Source: an uncultured Gammaproteobacteria bacterium (GTDB taxonomy: Bacteria > Patescibacteriota > Microgenomatia > JALYQM01). From it: DNA of 64,000 nt. The notes beneath the pieces were generated by a model. It had not been told where the DNA came from and made no database searches. It saw only the letters and a program-made list of their open reading frames with translations. The stretch lies in NCBI GenBank assembly GCA_964403585.1, contig CAYOFQ010000001.1, forward strand, positions 960,826 to 1,024,825. Reading direction: 5' to 3'. The position numbers and the translations under genes were made by a program. Position 1 is the stretch's first letter. Each line of letters starts with the position of its first letter. Below, in pieces: positions 41,520-50,182 of this stretch.

Positions 41520-41688
41520 GCGATGCCATCAGCCGGTTCACCCACATAAGAAATTTGTTCAAATTTGACTATTTATATACTATAATCTTGAGCATCTCCT
41601 CGAGGTAGTTTTGGAGTCGTTCCGAAATACTACGTACAGGAGTTGTTCTTTAACACACCGTATAATTATCTATCTCCCCTCTATAGAG

Positions 41689-41732
41689 CGGTGAAATGAG
41701 CTGATGAAATAGTCGGTTGATTTCACCGTTTT
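41689..41732 (+). terminator. Hairpin plus T4 in the 5' leader of the second GC-rich gene. Candidate attenuator or terminator.
   Basis: The sequence cggtgaaat...atttcaccg forms a 9 bp stem with a loop of about 22 nt, followed by TTTT. It lies about 100 nt upstream of the GTG start. Confidence 0.4.
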
Positions 41733-41826
41733 AGAAAGGGGGTGGTAGGATTCCGAACAACAAAACCAGGAATAATCCCTAAGATGACGTTGGACCAGTG
41801 TGGTTCAACTCAACAAGGAGAAATCT

Positions 41827-42309
41827 GTGTTAGGCTTACCACGGCGACTCATCGTAGTCGCACTCGCGATCGCGGCCATGCTCGTGGCCATTGCACCCGA
41901 TGGGGCGGCTCACGCCGCTCCCGCCAACCGGCAAACCACCATTGCTGCCTACATCGCTTCACCGGCCTCTCAAGCCACAACGGCCGACGAGAACGACGAC
42001 CACCCGCCGGAATGTAGCGCGATGATTGGCAGCAAGTATGGCTGGCGCTACACCTTCGGCGTGGGACAATGCATCAAGCTGACCGAGACCATCTGGATCA
42101 CCTTCCTGGGGGCTACCGTTACTGAAGCTGGTCATACTGTCGAGGTGCTCGTGTCGGTAGGTAGCGACCGGCGTGTCTACGAGGCGCTACTCGTAACACC
42201 CTACAACGCGAACTACAGCGAAGCCACCTTGTACGCCACGCACGTGTGCCAGAACATCCACCTCTGGTACTATGGAACGAGCATGCAGCTCGGGGCGAAA
42301 ATCGTGTAG
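41827..42309 (+). CDS. Small secreted protein with a twin-arginine-like signal peptide, encoded in a 60-70% GC island. Function unknown.
   Basis: A GTG start is preceded by AAGGAG plus 6 nt. The signal peptide is MLGLPRRLIVVALAIAAMLVAIAPDGAAHA|AP. The gene is strongly GC3-rich, unlike all of its neighbours. The mature protein has 3 Cys. Confidence 0.6.
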   Translation: MLGLPRRLIVVALAIAAMLVAIAPDGAAHAAPANRQTTIAAYIASPASQATTADENDDHPPECSAMIGSKYGWRYTFGVGQCIKLTETIWITFLGATVTEAGHTVEVLVSVGSDRRVYEALLVTPYNANYSEATLYATHVCQNIHLWYYGTSMQLGAKIV

Positions 42310-42343
42310 AACGCGGTAGATAACGCTCGTCGGAGTTCGTGAT

Positions 42344-42384
42344 TCACGCGCCGTGTGGCGAAACCCGTTTCATACGGCGCGTGA
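42344..42384. repeat. GC-rich perfect 11 bp inverted repeat (tcacgcgccgt ... acggcgcgtga) at the 3' boundary of the GC island
   Basis: The repeat was read directly. No T-run follows it. Confidence 0.5.
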
Positions 42385-42428
42385 GGTTGCGAAGGAAAAT
42401 AATTATACGGTGTGTATTAGTTGAGTTC

Positions 42429-43526
42429 CTATTTTAGGAAACCCTTCGACACAAATATATCATTGTACGTCACAAAGAGTAACAGCAAAATCAGCAGCGC
42501 GAAGAACACCGCGTGCGACCACTGCTCAAACTTCGGATTCGGCTTACGTCGGGTAATTGCTTCATACACCATGAACGCAAAACGGCCACCATCAAGTGCC
42601 GGAATCGGCAATAAGTTAAATATCGCCAGGTTTACCGACAACAATCCGGCGAACTGCAAACATGATAAGAAGCTGTTTCCACAGAACAACTGCGAAGCAC
42701 GGTAAATGCCTACCGGACCGGCTACCTCAGCGGGAACTTTCTGCTGAAATGCAATTGATGTCACGAGATTTTTTAATGCGGGAAGGATCTGTTTGGACAT
42801 TTCCACCGTATCATTAAAACCCGCTCCAATGCCATAGAAAGGCATTTGATACCAGGGATAGAATGTCGTTCTCAATTTCTGATCCAGTTGCACACCCAAA
42901 GCACCTTGACCAGCCGGCGGATTACTGCGTGGCACTACCTGCACATCCAATTTTTCCGATCCTCGAACTAAAGACAACGTAACTTGAGATTCAGCCTGTT
43001 CCTTAACCTTTGCGATCAGGCTTTCGGAATCTTTTACCTTTTCACCATTAATTGCATCTACCCGATCGTTAGGGCGAATACCGGCCACATCAGCCGGAGA
43101 ACCGCTCACTACTTGCCCTACCAGGACATCAATCTGCGGGGGTCGAGAAGGAATACCAATATTTGAGTACACAATTGCAAACAACGCGATACCCAGTATA
43201 AAGTTCATCACCACACCTGCCAGCACAATTACCATTCGTTTCCATAACGCGGCATTCTGAAAATTCTTTGGATCAGATGCATCGGAATAGATGGAGTCTT
43301 CTCCGGTCAAACGGACAAAGCCACCAATCGGCAGCCAGTTTAAAGAGAATAAAGTACGCTCATCAGGTTTACCGGGACCCGGCTTCTTGCCAAACCTTCT
43401 GCCAAAAAGACGTGGAGGCAACCCAAACCCGAACTCTTCAACACGTACACCACTTTTTTTCGCAGCGATAAAATGGCCAAACTCATGAAGAATCACGAGG
43501 ACCAGCAATATAATGATAAAATCCAT
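42429..43526 (-). CDS. rseP: Site-2 protease RseP (M50 zinc metalloprotease with PDZ domain)
   Basis: The HEFGHFIAAK motif (HExxH) sits in the first TM. A PDZ domain and an LDGG motif are present. Confidence 0.88.
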   Translation of the reverse strand: MDFIIILLVLVILHEFGHFIAAKKSGVRVEEFGFGLPPRLFGRRFGKKPGPGKPDERTLFSLNWLPIGGFVRLTGEDSIYSDASDPKNFQNAALWKRMVIVLAGVVMNFILGIALFAIVYSNIGIPSRPPQIDVLVGQVVSGSPADVAGIRPNDRVDAINGEKVKDSESLIAKVKEQAESQVTLSLVRGSEKLDVQVVPRSNPPAGQGALGVQLDQKLRTTFYPWYQMPFYGIGAGFNDTVEMSKQILPALKNLVTSIAFQQKVPAEVAGPVGIYRASQLFCGNSFLSCLQFAGLLSVNLAIFNLLPIPALDGGRFAFMVYEAITRRKPNPKFEQWSHAVFFALLILLLLFVTYNDIFVSKGFLK

Positions 43527-43556
43527 TGAGCAGTTCCTTTCTTAGAACGGGAATTA

Positions 43557-44102
43557 TTAGACTTTCATTAAATCAGCTTCTTTGGCTTCACCTAAAGAAT
43601 CAATTTGTGCAGCATAGGTATCAACCATTTTCTGTATCTTCTCTTTTTCGCGCTTGGCATCATCTTCCGAAATCTCTTTCGCCTTTTCTTGCTTCTCAAT
43701 ATCTTTAACGGCATCTTGCCTGACCATACGTAAGCGAACCTTATAATCTTCAACAATCTGTTTTACTCTTTTAACAAACTCTTTACGTCGTTCTTCAGTC
43801 AAAGGAGGAATAGCGATACGAATCACATTCGATGCATCAATCTGCGGATTTAATCCTACGTTTGCTTCTTCAATCCCCTTTCGAATCGGCGTTAAATTCC
43901 CGGTATCCCATGGTTGAATTGTAATCATATGCGCATCAGGAGCTAAAATTGTTGCTAACTCCATCAGGCGCATTTTTGTACCATAGACTTCAACAAAAAT
44001 ATTCTCAACGAGTGCCGGCGTAGCACGGCCGGTACGAACCGTATTAATCTCAGACTGCAATCCCTCGACTATTTTTTGCATATGGGAATCAAGTGAGTCC
44101 AT
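43557..44102 (-). CDS. frr: Ribosome recycling factor
   Basis: The 181 aa product has the RRF family pattern (IRIAIPPLTEERRKEFVK). Confidence 0.9.
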   Translation of the reverse strand: MDSLDSHMQKIVEGLQSEINTVRTGRATPALVENIFVEVYGTKMRLMELATILAPDAHMITIQPWDTGNLTPIRKGIEEANVGLNPQIDASNVIRIAIPPLTEERRKEFVKRVKQIVEDYKVRLRMVRQDAVKDIEKQEKAKEISEDDAKREKEKIQKMVDTYAAQIDSLGEAKEADLMKV

Positions 44103-44105
44103 AGA

Positions 44106-44564
44106 TTATTCTCCAAGAGTGAATCGGGCAAATCGGCGAATTTGGATGTTTTCTCCAAGCTTTGCAATACCCGACTTAACTAAGTCTTTAATGGTCATTT
44201 TACTATCTCTAATATAAGCTTGTTTCTCAAGTTCCGCAACGTCCACCGGGTTCATCGCTGAAACTTGCATCGCAATTTCCTTGCCGAGTTTCTGGAAATC
44301 TTCAGTTCGCGCAACAAAATCGGTTTCGCAGAGCAATTCTACCATTGCAGCGATTCGCCCCTCACCGTGTGAATAGGTAAACACCGATCCACTACCGGTA
44401 ACACGATCAGATTTCTTATCGGCTTTTTCGATACCTTCTGCCTGCAATATTTCAGCAGCTTTCTTCAAATCACCTTCGGCTTTCTCTAAAGCACGTCGGC
44501 AATTCATAATTCCTGCCCCGGTCTTTTCGCGGAGCTCTTTAACCATTTCAGCGGTAATGTTCAT
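44106..44564 (-). CDS. tsf: Elongation factor Ts (short form, 152 aa)
   Basis: It has an N-terminal UBA-like ITAEMVKELREKTGAGIMNCRRAL. It is adjacent to rpsB. It is about half the E. coli length. Confidence 0.8.
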   Translation of the reverse strand: MNITAEMVKELREKTGAGIMNCRRALEKAEGDLKKAAEILQAEGIEKADKKSDRVTGSGSVFTYSHGEGRIAAMVELLCETDFVARTEDFQKLGKEIAMQVSAMNPVDVAELEKQAYIRDSKMTIKDLVKSGIAKLGENIQIRRFARFTLGE

Positions 44565-44638
44565 ATAATACTCCTGTGTTTCTGAGAGAACCCTGAAGGG
44601 AATTCAAGGTTCTCTCTCATTTTTATTGTGTGATGATA

Positions 44639-45430
44639 TTAAGCGGTCTCTTCTTTTTTCTTCGCAGTTTTGCGCTTTGGCTTTTCGTCTTTCAAGCCCT
44701 CAATTGCTTCAGCCTTGTCTTTATCAGATGCTTTAGCTCCAGCTGCCTTTTTACCTTCGGCTGCGGCATTAGAAACCTTGGTTACAATATATTCAATTGA
44801 TTTTAAGGCATCATCATTGGCAGGGATAACGATATCAACATCAGAAGGGTCACAGTTGGTATCACAGACACCAATAACCGGAATACCCCGTCGCTTTGAC
44901 TCCTTAACACCAATTTTCTCTTTACGTACGTCAACAACAAATACCGCATCCGGGATCTTATTAATATCAAGTAATCCCTCATAAATTTTCTCAAGACGAT
45001 CAGCTTCTTTCATCTTAAGAGACTGCTCTTTTTTTGTATAGTGTTCAAGTTCACCTGAAGCCTGCTGGCTTTTGGTAGTTCTCAAACGATCAATATTTTT
45101 CTGGATAGTATCCCAGTTGGTAAGCATACCACCAACCCATCGCTCAACAATGAATGGCATACCGCAATCCTGCGCAGCCTTTTTAACAAGGTCTTTAGCC
45201 TGTCGCTTGGTTGCAACAAAAAGAACGGTTCCTCCTTCGGCTGCAAGATCGCGAATATATTCGCAAGCCTCACGCAAACCACCGGCGGTTAAGGCCAAAT
45301 CAATAACATGGATGTTATCGCGGGACTGATAAATATACGGCTTCATTTTAGGGTTCCAGCGCCGTGACTGGTGACCAAAGTGTGCGCCTGCCTCTAAAAG
45401 CTCGCGCATTGATATATCCTGGGAAGACAT
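44639..45430 (-). CDS. rpsB: 30S ribosomal protein S2 with a Lys-rich C-terminal tail
   Basis: The motif LLEAGAHFGHQSRRWNPKM is present. The preferred start is MSSQDISM at 45430, preceded by AAAGGAG. Confidence 0.9.
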   Translation of the reverse strand: MSSQDISMRELLEAGAHFGHQSRRWNPKMKPYIYQSRDNIHVIDLALTAGGLREACEYIRDLAAEGGTVLFVATKRQAKDLVKKAAQDCGMPFIVERWVGGMLTNWDTIQKNIDRLRTTKSQQASGELEHYTKKEQSLKMKEADRLEKIYEGLLDINKIPDAVFVVDVRKEKIGVKESKRRGIPVIGVCDTNCDPSDVDIVIPANDDALKSIEYIVTKVSNAAAEGKKAAGAKASDKDKAEAIEGLKDEKPKRKTAKKKEETA

Positions 45431-45543
45431 GAAATTTCTCCTTTCAACCTCCACGTACTGTATCCCGTACTTCCTTAATGTAACTATCAATCAGGTTACG
45501 GGACAAGGATATGAGTGTACGTGTGCGTAATAAATACTCAGGG

Positions 45544-45571
45544 GAGTATACCAAAAATTTGCGTCCAGGTA
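45544..45571 (-). promoter_or_regulatory. Candidate rpsB promoter (TTACCT-16-TGgTATACT, extended -10)
   Basis: The minus strand reads ttacctggacgcaaatttttggtatact, about 115 nt upstream of the rpsB ATG. Confidence 0.4.
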
Positions 45572-45578
45572 AAGCTGC

Positions 45579-46193
45579 CTAAAAAGTGATGTCTCTGAGG
45601 ATCTGGGCGACCTCAGCCGGAAGACTTTCCCCCCGCTTGATACCCCGAATGGAAATCGGACCAATTTCGGTAACATTGCCGTAAAAGCCGTCTATTCCCC
45701 GGTCCGATTGACATACTTCATAAGCAACCGGATTCGAATCAGCAGCCTGCAGAGGCGCTACCCGCCATTTTTTACCGGCTTGCTTGGAAATTTCCATATA
45801 ATTCCCATATCGAATAAACATCCCCTGCTGATCTGCATCCGAGGGATACAGGCAGTATCCGCCATCCAATATCCCCTGCACGATACTGATTGTATAAACA
45901 GTATTTGTTATTTGAATAGTCGCACCGGTATCTGATTCATTAATCGCCTTTACCGACCAGCTGGCCGGATACTTCACGGTAAATTTCTTATTTAATCCGT
46001 TAGTCGACGTCGGAGTATGCATATATGTTTTGAGCGTTGCGGAAACACTTGAAGCAGTTGGAGTTGCAGCTTCCGGAATTGCCGATGCTGCTACTGTAGG
46101 CGATGAGATGATTGTCGGCTCAGGAATGGGCTCGACCCGGGTACAGGCAGCAAATAACAATACAAAAGGAATAACATAAAAATATTTGTTCAT
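45579..46193 (-). CDS. Predicted lipoprotein. Function unknown.
   Basis: It has a signal peptide with a lipobox (VLLFAAC). The N-terminal linker is Pro/Ser/Ala/Thr-rich. Confidence 0.55.
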   Translation of the reverse strand: MNKYFYVIPFVLLFAACTRVEPIPEPTIISSPTVAASAIPEAATPTASSVSATLKTYMHTPTSTNGLNKKFTVKYPASWSVKAINESDTGATIQITNTVYTISIVQGILDGGYCLYPSDADQQGMFIRYGNYMEISKQAGKKWRVAPLQAADSNPVAYEVCQSDRGIDGFYGNVTEIGPISIRGIKRGESLPAEVAQILRDITF

Positions 46194-46245
46194 ATATCTA
46201 TACTACAATTATTCACCCGGCATTCCAAGTTGCGTTCATAAAAAG

Positions 46246-47007
46246 CTATCGCATACTTGGTGGACCTAACTCTTTTTTCAGTAACTCAGTAAGCTGGAAA
46301 AGCGGAGTGTAACCTTTCGCCGGAACAAAAGTTGAAAAGTCAGCTACAAAGTTAAGTCCGTCAACGGAAGTATACTTTTTTGGAATTTCAAAAAGCATTG
46401 CCGAATGTTCATTAGTTTTGGGCGTGACATTATCTAGATCCAACAGCGTAAAGGACATAATATCATTATCAATATCAATACGTGATTTACTATCAAAGAT
46501 CATAAAAGGATGAATGTTCTCATTGCTAACTCTATGGAATATAGCTTGCGGAACGGTCGAATTATTCTTCAATGTATACATGACAATCAACGCACCATTT
46601 GTTGGGTTAACTATTTGACCGCCAAACCCTAATTCAGCCTGCTTTAGCTCCAACGCTGACGCAACAAATGCCCCTAATACAGTTAACTCAACATTTTCGT
46701 TAAGTTTGATTGGACTATTTTTCTGCACCAAAGTATACCCACTCAATGATGGTCCTGCGGAGCTGGCCGGACGCACGGAACGTGTAGGTAGCGGTGTTTT
46801 CACTGCTGCAACAGGAGATGCAGAGATTGGAGGTGACGCAGTTACCAAAGCCTGAGTCGACGCGGAAGGGATAGCGGAAATTGTTGGACTGGCAGAAGGA
46901 GGTGCGGAAACTTCTTCAGTTCGGGAACCGTTGAAATACAGGAAGCCGGTAGTAGTAACCGTAAGAATTCCCACCAGTATTAATATGATTGGAAGTTTAC
47001 TCGACAT
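46246..47007 (-). CDS. Membrane-anchored hypothetical protein with a Ser/Pro-rich linker
   Basis: It has an N-terminal TM (LPIILILVGILTVTTTGFLYF), a low-complexity SP-rich linker and a C-terminal globular domain. Confidence 0.5.
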   Translation of the reverse strand: MSSKLPIILILVGILTVTTTGFLYFNGSRTEEVSAPPSASPTISAIPSASTQALVTASPPISASPVAAVKTPLPTRSVRPASSAGPSLSGYTLVQKNSPIKLNENVELTVLGAFVASALELKQAELGFGGQIVNPTNGALIVMYTLKNNSTVPQAIFHRVSNENIHPFMIFDSKSRIDIDNDIMSFTLLDLDNVTPKTNEHSAMLFEIPKKYTSVDGLNFVADFSTFVPAKGYTPLFQLTELLKKELGPPSMR

Positions 47008-47034
47008 CTACAACAAGTGTAGCATCAGGTACAG

Positions 47035-47787
47035 TTACGTCAAATATTCCAGTGCCAGATCCAAATCTTCAGCCAGTTCGGCCTCGATTTTCATTTTGTA
47101 CCGTGTCACCGGATGATCGAATTCTATCGCCGCCGCATGCAGAAACTGCCGCTGGCACCACCGCGCATCAAAACGATACAACTTTTTACCGGTATATACC
47201 TCATCTCCAACGATCGGATGATGAATATATTTTAGATGCACACGAATCTGATGCGTACGCCCTGTTTTTGGGTAGAGCGTCAAAAGACAGTACTCTGTTG
47301 CCTCACTTTCATAAAAAACCTTTTCCTTTTTAGTCATCGAACCAAGCACCGCTTCGATCTTATCAAACGGCAACCGGAGTTTTTTATCTACTCTAAACTC
47401 CGTTTCAGATTCTCTTCCTCCGTCAAATACACCAAACTTCTCCCGGTTCATCGGATTACGCGCAATCGGGGCACGGATAATACCCTTTTCCTCTTCAATA
47501 TCTCCATGCACAAGCGCCATGTAGGTCTTATGTACTTCCCGACTCTTAAACTTGGATTGCATCGCTTCAAGAACTTCCTGCGACTTAGCGATCAATAAGA
47601 CACCGGAAGTATCCTTATCCAAACGGTGAATAATCCCCGCCCGCTCCAATGGAATACCAATCTGCTCGGTAATCACCTCAGCCACAGTGATATCTTTATC
47701 CGACTCCGAAGGAGCCACAGACATCCCCGCCGGCTTATTTACTGCGATTAAATAGTCGTCTTCAAAGAGAATTGGTAACGTAGTCAT
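47035..47787 (-). CDS. RluA-family pseudouridine synthase
   Basis: The catalytic motif HRLDKDTSG is present. The preferred start is MTTLPILF at 47787. Confidence 0.8.
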   Translation of the reverse strand: MTTLPILFEDDYLIAVNKPAGMSVAPSESDKDITVAEVITEQIGIPLERAGIIHRLDKDTSGVLLIAKSQEVLEAMQSKFKSREVHKTYMALVHGDIEEEKGIIRAPIARNPMNREKFGVFDGGRESETEFRVDKKLRLPFDKIEAVLGSMTKKEKVFYESEATEYCLLTLYPKTGRTHQIRVHLKYIHHPIVGDEVYTGKKLYRFDARWCQRQFLHAAAIEFDHPVTRYKMKIEAELAEDLDLALEYLT

Positions 47788-47861
47788 AAAGGCATTATAA
47801 CAGAAGTGAGTTCGAGCTTTTTGCGATGCGAGGACTTCCGCCTTATACAAGTTGGTGCAAA

Positions 47862-48019
47862 GTTCTTAAATTTGTTCAGCGAGGCGACGAAGTCGTCCGC
47901 TGGAGGTCGCCGAACACGCTAAAGCGACCGAATGAACTCATTAAGGGGAAAAATAGCAAGTGAGCAGGCAATCCCTAAGGGGTATAAACTGAGCTTCCGC
48001 AGCGAACAAATTTAAGAAC
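47862..48019 (+). repeat. Copy A of a structured repeat family of about 158 nt (possible ncRNA or MITE-like element)
   Basis: A perfect 16 bp terminal inverted repeat (gttcttaaatttgttc / gaacaaatttaagaac) flanks the conserved blocks AGCGAGG, CGTCCGCTGG and GAGCTTCCGCAGC. Copy B at 56681-56837 shares these blocks. Confidence 0.5.
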
Positions 48020-48033
48020 AAGCAAGCGATTAT

Positions 48034-48423
48034 TTATCCCTGTTTCCCCGTATTCAAAAACGTATGCACCTCATGAAGAACCTGATCCGGAGTCATCGCC
48101 GATTTAATCAAATACCCTGAAGCCCCATACTCAAAACCCTCTTTAACAATATTATCCTGCCCCAGATTTGTTAACATAACCACCGGACCATTCTTGGATA
48201 ACATATCCTTTTCCTTAAGCGTCTTTAATATCTGAAGACCATCCATCTTCGGCAACATAATATCCAGGAGAACCAAATTAAAACCACCCTCCATCGCCTT
48301 ATTAAACCCCTCTTCTCCATCAGCACAGGCAGTTACTTCAAAACCCTCGTCAGAAAGTAACTCGTTATACATATCGCGAAGAAACTGATCATCCTCTACG
48401 AGTAAAATTTTATGACTTGCCAT
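48034..48423 (-). CDS. Single-domain (CheY-like) response regulator receiver
   Basis: It has acidic-pocket DD, a phospho-acceptor D in LVLLDIMLP and a conserved K. No output domain is present. Confidence 0.75.
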   Translation of the reverse strand: MASHKILLVEDDQFLRDMYNELLSDEGFEVTACADGEEGFNKAMEGGFNLVLLDIMLPKMDGLQILKTLKEKDMLSKNGPVVMLTNLGQDNIVKEGFEYGASGYLIKSAMTPDQVLHEVHTFLNTGKQG

Positions 48424-48871
48424 ATGGTGCTCCCCTTGTAGTGTATAAGTGATAAAAAATCAGTCCTACCCCTAATACTATAGCAGAGTCAGCTAGATTA
48501 AACACCGGCCAGTACCGGAGATCAATAAAGTCAACAACTGTTCCATTATGGAATAGCCGATCTATAATATTTGATATACCACCTCCGGCAATAAGAGGCA
48601 ATGCTATCCGTAAATACCGGTCATCAAACACCCAGTAATACTCATTAATGAGGGAAAAACTTTTTGGTGAAAAGAAATATAAATACACTGCAACCGCACT
48701 GATTACCACCCACGGCAGATACCAGGGTATCGGTAACGAAAACGCAATCGTTTTATTATAAAACACCGGAAAAATGGAATACTTCAGAACCAGATACTTC
48801 GAAAGCTGATCAACCACAATTACCATCAACAATAGTAAAACAACTCGGGTGGCAGATTTCGTAGGTTTCAT
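48410..48871 (-). CDS. lspA: Lipoprotein signal peptidase II
   Basis: The motifs [16 protein letters not shown] and [11 protein letters not shown] are present. Confidence 0.85.
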   Translation of the reverse strand: MKPTKSATRVVLLLLMVIVVDQLSKYLVLKYSIFPVFYNKTIAFSLPIPWYLPWVVISAVAVYLYFFSPKSFSLINEYYWVFDDRYLRIALPLIAGGGISNIIDRLFHNGTVVDFIDLRYWPVFNLADSAIVLGVGLIFYHLYTTRGAPYGKS

Positions 48872-48879
48872 TAGTATAC

Positions 48880-49266
48880 TTAGGATGTAATTTTTTTAGC
48901 GCGTTTTTCAATATTCTTCTCGTCACTTAAACACAAACTTGCGAGTGGCATTATCGTTAGGCGGCTTTCTTCAATCTCTTTTCCGCACGCTTCACACACA
49001 CCATAGGTGCCGTTCGCTATTCGCTCAAGCGCGGAATCAATTCGTACTATCGTATTCCGCAGTGAAGAGACCTGTGCCGCAACACGCTCATGAACTTCGT
49101 TAACTTGTGCCTCATCATCCGGTGAAGTACGATCATCTACCAGATTCACCGCCGCTTCCAGATTAAACGGATCGGTAGCTTCCAGCTCGGCAATTCGCGA
49201 ATTGGATTCACTGCGTTGAGATTCTAATTTAGTTTTTATTTTAGATAAAACATCAGGCTGTAACAT
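48880..49266 (-). CDS. DksA/TraR-family C4 zinc-finger protein
   Basis: It has a C-terminal CEACGKEI...C four-Cys finger and a coiled-coil N-terminus. Confidence 0.7.
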   Translation of the reverse strand: MLQPDVLSKIKTKLESQRSESNSRIAELEATDPFNLEAAVNLVDDRTSPDDEAQVNEVHERVAAQVSSLRNTIVRIDSALERIANGTYGVCEACGKEIEESRLTIMPLASLCLSDEKNIEKRAKKITS

Positions 49267-49999
49267 ACCGGTCCTTTCTAATTTTCAGCAAGAACAGAAT
49301 TCCACCAATAATACTAACAATTCCCAAAACATGTGTCAAATGAATTCCGTATATGACGATTCCGCCTTCGGTAAAAAATTCAAAAGAAAATAAAGCGATA
49401 CCAAACAGAATAAAAAATAATCCGGAAATAAATCCGTCCGGGCGTCGGGTTCTGTCAACGAGAACCAAGATTAAATATAATACTAAACTAAACAAACCAT
49501 AGTATAAAGCTACCGGATGCCGCAATTCTGTATATCCGGGCAAGGCAACTGCCCAGGCTACCGACGCCGGCGTTCCAACATAGCTACCGGCAAAGAAGGC
49601 CCCCAGCATAACAACACATATACCTAAGGCCAAACCTTTGAGGATTGAATCAAATAACGGTCTGAGACTCCAGTGCCGGAAATACGCAAATATGATAAAT
49701 CCGAGCAACCCGCCTACTAATGCTGCAGTACCATCCAACCCCGGAAAGTAGGTTACCAGGAGTATTTTTAATATCTCATTACCAAATTGATCCATGTGGC
49801 TCAAAACAAATGAAGCCCTGGCAAACACTAAACCTAAAAAGAGCGAAAAAAGGATCATATCAATAATATGTTCCTCGTTATATCCGAGTTTTCTGGCTCT
49901 GCGCCAAATAAGAAAACTAGCCACGATTGTGGCTATGGTTATGGCAAAACCAAAGGTGTAAATAACCATTGGCCCGATTTTGAATAGTACAGGATACAT
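49253..49999 (-). CDS. lgt: Prolipoprotein diacylglyceryl transferase
   Basis: It is a 7-TM protein with an Lgt-like arrangement. It lies in the lgt-lspA lipoprotein-processing neighbourhood. Confidence 0.65.
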   Translation of the reverse strand: MYPVLFKIGPMVIYTFGFAITIATIVASFLIWRRARKLGYNEEHIIDMILFSLFLGLVFARASFVLSHMDQFGNEILKILLVTYFPGLDGTAALVGGLLGFIIFAYFRHWSLRPLFDSILKGLALGICVVMLGAFFAGSYVGTPASVAWAVALPGYTELRHPVALYYGLFSLVLYLILVLVDRTRRPDGFISGLFFILFGIALFSFEFFTEGGIVIYGIHLTHVLGIVSIIGGILFLLKIRKDRYVTA

Positions 50000-50095
50000 G
50001 GTGAAAGAATTATAACAGAAATTAAAGTCAAAGACAGGATGTAGTACTTTTTGCTATTTGGCCAAAAACTTGCTAAAATATGACTCATCACATTC

Positions 50096-50182
50096 GCCGG
50101 GGTGGCGGAATGGCAGACGCGTTGGTCTCAAAAACCAATGGAGGTAAACTTCGTGAGGGTTCGACTCCCTCCCCCGGCACCA
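50096..50182 (+). tRNA. tRNA-Leu (anticodon CAA) with a long variable arm, CCA encoded
   Basis: The sequence is GCCGGGGTGGCGGAATGGCAGACGCGTTGGTCTCAAAAACCAATGGAGGTAAACTTCGTGAGGGTTCGACTCCCTCCCCCGGCACCA. The anticodon loop is CTCAAAA. Confidence 0.85.

Noticed and set aside
45591-45612. Hairpin ctgagg atctgggcga cctcag near the rpsB upstream region
   Set aside because: It lies inside the 3' end of the lipoprotein CDS (45579-46193) and is short. It is not considered regulatory.
50080-50181. ORF-track N-terminus of the 262 aa ORF (MTHHIRRGGGMADALVSKTNGGKLREGSTPSPGT)
   Set aside because: This stretch is the translation of the tRNA-Leu(CAA) gene. The real CDS, if any, starts after the tRNA.
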